Shown: one piece after another, positions 25,338 through 27,556 of the stretch
Numbering within the stretch: the stretch's first letter is position 1
Layout: every line of letters starts with the position of its first letter
NCBI GenBank assembly: GCA_037441945.1
Contig: JBBIRG010000001.1
Span: forward strand, 1-27,556
DNA from: Bacteroidota bacterium
GTDB taxonomy: Bacteria; CLD3; SB21; JBBIRG01
DNA: 27,556 nt
Reading direction: 5' to 3'
Program-made: the position numbers and the translations under genes
The notes under the pieces: model-generated
What the model was told of the DNA's origin: nothing
What the model saw: the letters and a program-made list of their open reading frames with translations, nothing else
Database searches by the model: none

Positions 25338-26459
25338 TTAAGGCTTTTTATGATTAATTTGCCTGTCGAATTTTTCAACCATTTTGATAAAAGTTCTGTA
25401 AGCGGGTTTTTCTGTCCAGTCATGCCAGATAAGTCCGAAATTATCCTCAGGGTCGTTCCTATTCGAACCTCGATCGTATATCGAATACCAAAGAAAAGGG
25501 CCGGCCCATGTTTCTTGAAACCATGATTCAAAATATGTAATCATATAATCTGATTGCGAATCCTCGTCGATTCCGGCAGAACACGTTGGAAAACCAACTT
25601 CAGTGCACCAAAGTTTCTTTGAACTGTCTTTATTAGCGTGTAAAATGTCAGAGATTTGTTTTGTTTTCAAAAACCAGTTATTATCATGCGGTTTAAGTGG
25701 ATCATGAGGCCATGAATAAGGATGAACAGCAATACCGTCAAAATAGTTTTTCCCGCCGTATGCATATATTCCCTGAATAAAATCAAGCGGAGATATGTCT
25801 TTACCATTAGAATTAACCGGAGCGGTTCCGCCCGTAAGGATGGTCACAGTTTTATTGCATTCCCGGGCAGCCCGTCGAAAGGCTGTTGAACCCGGAATTA
25901 ATATTTGTCGGACATACTTCTCAGGGTCAGGGTTTTTATAAAAATAATCGCTGTTGGGTTCATTGTATAATTCCCAAACATCGACACCTTTAGGAATATA
26001 TCTCAAACCGGTTTCATAAATAAAATTATACCAGTATAAATCAGTCATATCTTTATCAAGCCACATTGGAAAGTATCCAATAACGGCGATTGTTTTTAAA
26101 TTATATTTATTGATAATGTTAATTACCCGGTCCAACTTTTCCCATTCGTAATGCTTTGAGCGTTTTTTTTGAAGTTCGGGCCACGGGAAATCGATCCGTA
26201 TATAGGTTGTTCCTGTCTGGGCGCATCGGGATACTATGCTATCGATAGTTGAGTCGGGATAATGTAATATCCAGCCTGTAGCTATTCCGGTTTTATTGAG
26301 TCTGCCTGACTTATCAGCCTGACTGAATGCTTTATTGCACTGCCCGAAAAAAATTATTGATAAAAATGCTAATGACTTTAATGATATAGATTCACATAGT
26401 GCTTGCTTTAAAATGTTAACAGGACAACGGGTAAAAAAAGGAAAGAATGAGATAGGCAT
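25338..26459 (-). CDS. Clan GH-A glycoside hydrolase (GH5/GH39-like, 'cellulase family'), probably exported
   Basis: 'YIRIDFPW', acid/base 'WELYNEPN', 'FDGIAVHPYSW', nucleophile 'LWCTEVGFP' and 'FLWYSIYD...EDNFGLI..DWTEKPAY'. A hydrophobic leader ends in KAFS|QA. Confidence 0.85.
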   Translation of the reverse strand: MPISFFPFFTRCPVNILKQALCESISLKSLAFLSIIFFGQCNKAFSQADKSGRLNKTGIATGWILHYPDSTIDSIVSRCAQTGTTYIRIDFPWPELQKKRSKHYEWEKLDRVINIINKYNLKTIAVIGYFPMWLDKDMTDLYWYNFIYETGLRYIPKGVDVWELYNEPNSDYFYKNPDPEKYVRQILIPGSTAFRRAARECNKTVTILTGGTAPVNSNGKDISPLDFIQGIYAYGGKNYFDGIAVHPYSWPHDPLKPHDNNWFLKTKQISDILHANKDSSKKLWCTEVGFPTCSAGIDEDSQSDYMITYFESWFQETWAGPFLWYSIYDRGSNRNDPEDNFGLIWHDWTEKPAYRTFIKMVEKFDRQINHKKP

Positions 26460-26471
26460 ATGATACAGTAA

Positions 26472-27431
26472 TTACTGAAAATCTTCGGGAGATATGTTTT
26501 TCCAGTGAGTTAGTGCTTCTGCCATTGGGTATTTGAAAGGAAAATTATTTTTAATTAAATACTGTGGCTCAATATTCGTTGGAAAAGCGGCTTTTCTGAC
26601 TCTGACGTGATGAATAGAAGAGTTAGGTTTGAAAAAACGCAATACTTTGGCCGCTAACACAACACACCACAGAGGGACATGAAAAATGAAAACTTTGCAT
26701 TTCAGATGAGCTTTGATAATTGCGGCAAGTTCCCTCATACTAATTACAGGAGTTTCAGCATAATTATAGATAATCAGCTTATCAGTTTTATTCATTACAA
26801 ATTCGAAACTGTCAATCAAACCATATATGTAACCGAATGATTTTTTAATATCGGATGAACCCGGAAAAACAAAATACCCTTTTTGTATGGCGCGAATCAT
26901 GCGGTAAATATTGCCCGGGTCTTTTGGCCCGAATATTACGGACGGACGGCAAATAATGAGTCTTCGGTCATTAGATTTATTCAGCCAAATTTCATGGATT
27001 TTTTCTGCGACAAGTTTGGAGATTCCATAGGGGGTTTCCGGATATAAAGGGGATTCCTCGTTTCTGCAATCTCTTGAGCGTCCATAAACAGCGATACTGG
27101 AGGTGAAGACCAAAGTAGTGCACCCGATTGATTCTGCGAATGCGCAGACATTTTCGGCTCCTTTGATATTCGTATCAAAATATTCATTAGGCTGATGTCC
27201 GGGTTCACGGTGAACGGCTGCTAAGTTATACACAAGCGAGTTTTCATGGGGTACGATATCAGCCTCAATTTTTTCTCTTACATCAATATGACGATATGTA
27301 ATTTTTGGATCAGTTATTGTGCATTCGATAATATCAAATACAAATATGCGTGAAATATCCTTTACATTTAGGTAATGACGAATCAGCGCAGAACCTATAT
27401 AGCCTGAACCGCCGAAAAGAATGATGTTCAT
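26472..27431 (-). CDS. NAD-dependent epimerase/dehydratase (extended SDR)
   Basis: 'ILFGGSGYIGS' (GxxGxxG), 'NLAAVH', 'FTSSIAVY', 'YGISK' (YxxxK) and 'RPSVIFGP'. Confidence 0.93.
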   Translation of the reverse strand: MNIILFGGSGYIGSALIRHYLNVKDISRIFVFDIIECTITDPKITYRHIDVREKIEADIVPHENSLVYNLAAVHREPGHQPNEYFDTNIKGAENVCAFAESIGCTTLVFTSSIAVYGRSRDCRNEESPLYPETPYGISKLVAEKIHEIWLNKSNDRRLIICRPSVIFGPKDPGNIYRMIRAIQKGYFVFPGSSDIKKSFGYIYGLIDSFEFVMNKTDKLIIYNYAETPVISMRELAAIIKAHLKCKVFIFHVPLWCVVLAAKVLRFFKPNSSIHHVRVRKAAFPTNIEPQYLIKNNFPFKYPMAEALTHWKNISPEDFQ

Positions 27432-27444
27432 TTCAATCCCGAAT

Positions 27445-27555
27445 TTATTTTGACAGGTTATTTTTCCATTCCTGAATCATTGAATCTACATGAAATTTAA
27501 TTGATCTTTCAAACGTTTCGCGGCTGAATTTTTCCGCGTGTGCCCGTATTAAAGC
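27445..27555 (-). CDS. 3' end of a probable GT4 (GT-B) glycosyltransferase, running off the window and absent from the ORF track
   Basis: Reading the minus strand from 27555 gives ALIRAHAEKFSRETFERSIKFHVDSMIQEWKNNLSK* with TAA at 27447-27445. 'IRAHAEKFSRETF' matches the typical C-terminal helix of GT4 enzymes. It sits 13 nt upstream of the epimerase. Confidence 0.7.
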   Translation of the reverse strand, partial: ALIRAHAEKFSRETFERSIKFHVDSMIQEWKNNLSK

Positions 27556-27556
27556 C

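Noticed and set aside
25307-25531. 74-aa minus-strand ORF overlapping the end of the glycoside hydrolase
   Set aside because: It is almost entirely nested in another frame of a well-supported gene and has no motif.

Overview
A 27.6 kb chromosomal window from a diderm bacterium, probably of the FCB superphylum but outside Bacteroidota proper. This placement is inferred from the uppS-bamA-skp-skp-lpxD synteny, Gln at +1 of nearly all predicted signal-peptide cleavage sites, and clear Shine-Dalgarno use at several genes. The housekeeping backbone is mfd (5'-truncated), a parvulin PPIase lipoprotein, a 2-oxoacid dehydrogenase E2, ruvB, lpxD, two skp, bamA, uppS, prfA and rpmE. Four accessory elements are interleaved. 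(i) A signal-peptide-bearing TPR-CHAT caspase-like protease translationally coupled to the PPIase. (ii) A tandem trio of paralogous single-pass membrane proteins (8047-13544), each with two DUF1080/ConA-like beta-sandwich ectodomains and a cytosolic winged-helix-like tail. This is the best candidate for an undescribed system. (iii) An orphan 7TM-DISM-GAF histidine kinase followed by a REP-like palindrome. (iv) The AT-rich distal end of a surface-polysaccharide locus: a GT4 C-terminus, an NAD-dependent epimerase and a clan GH-A hydrolase. All family assignments are motif recognition by eye; no database searches were run.
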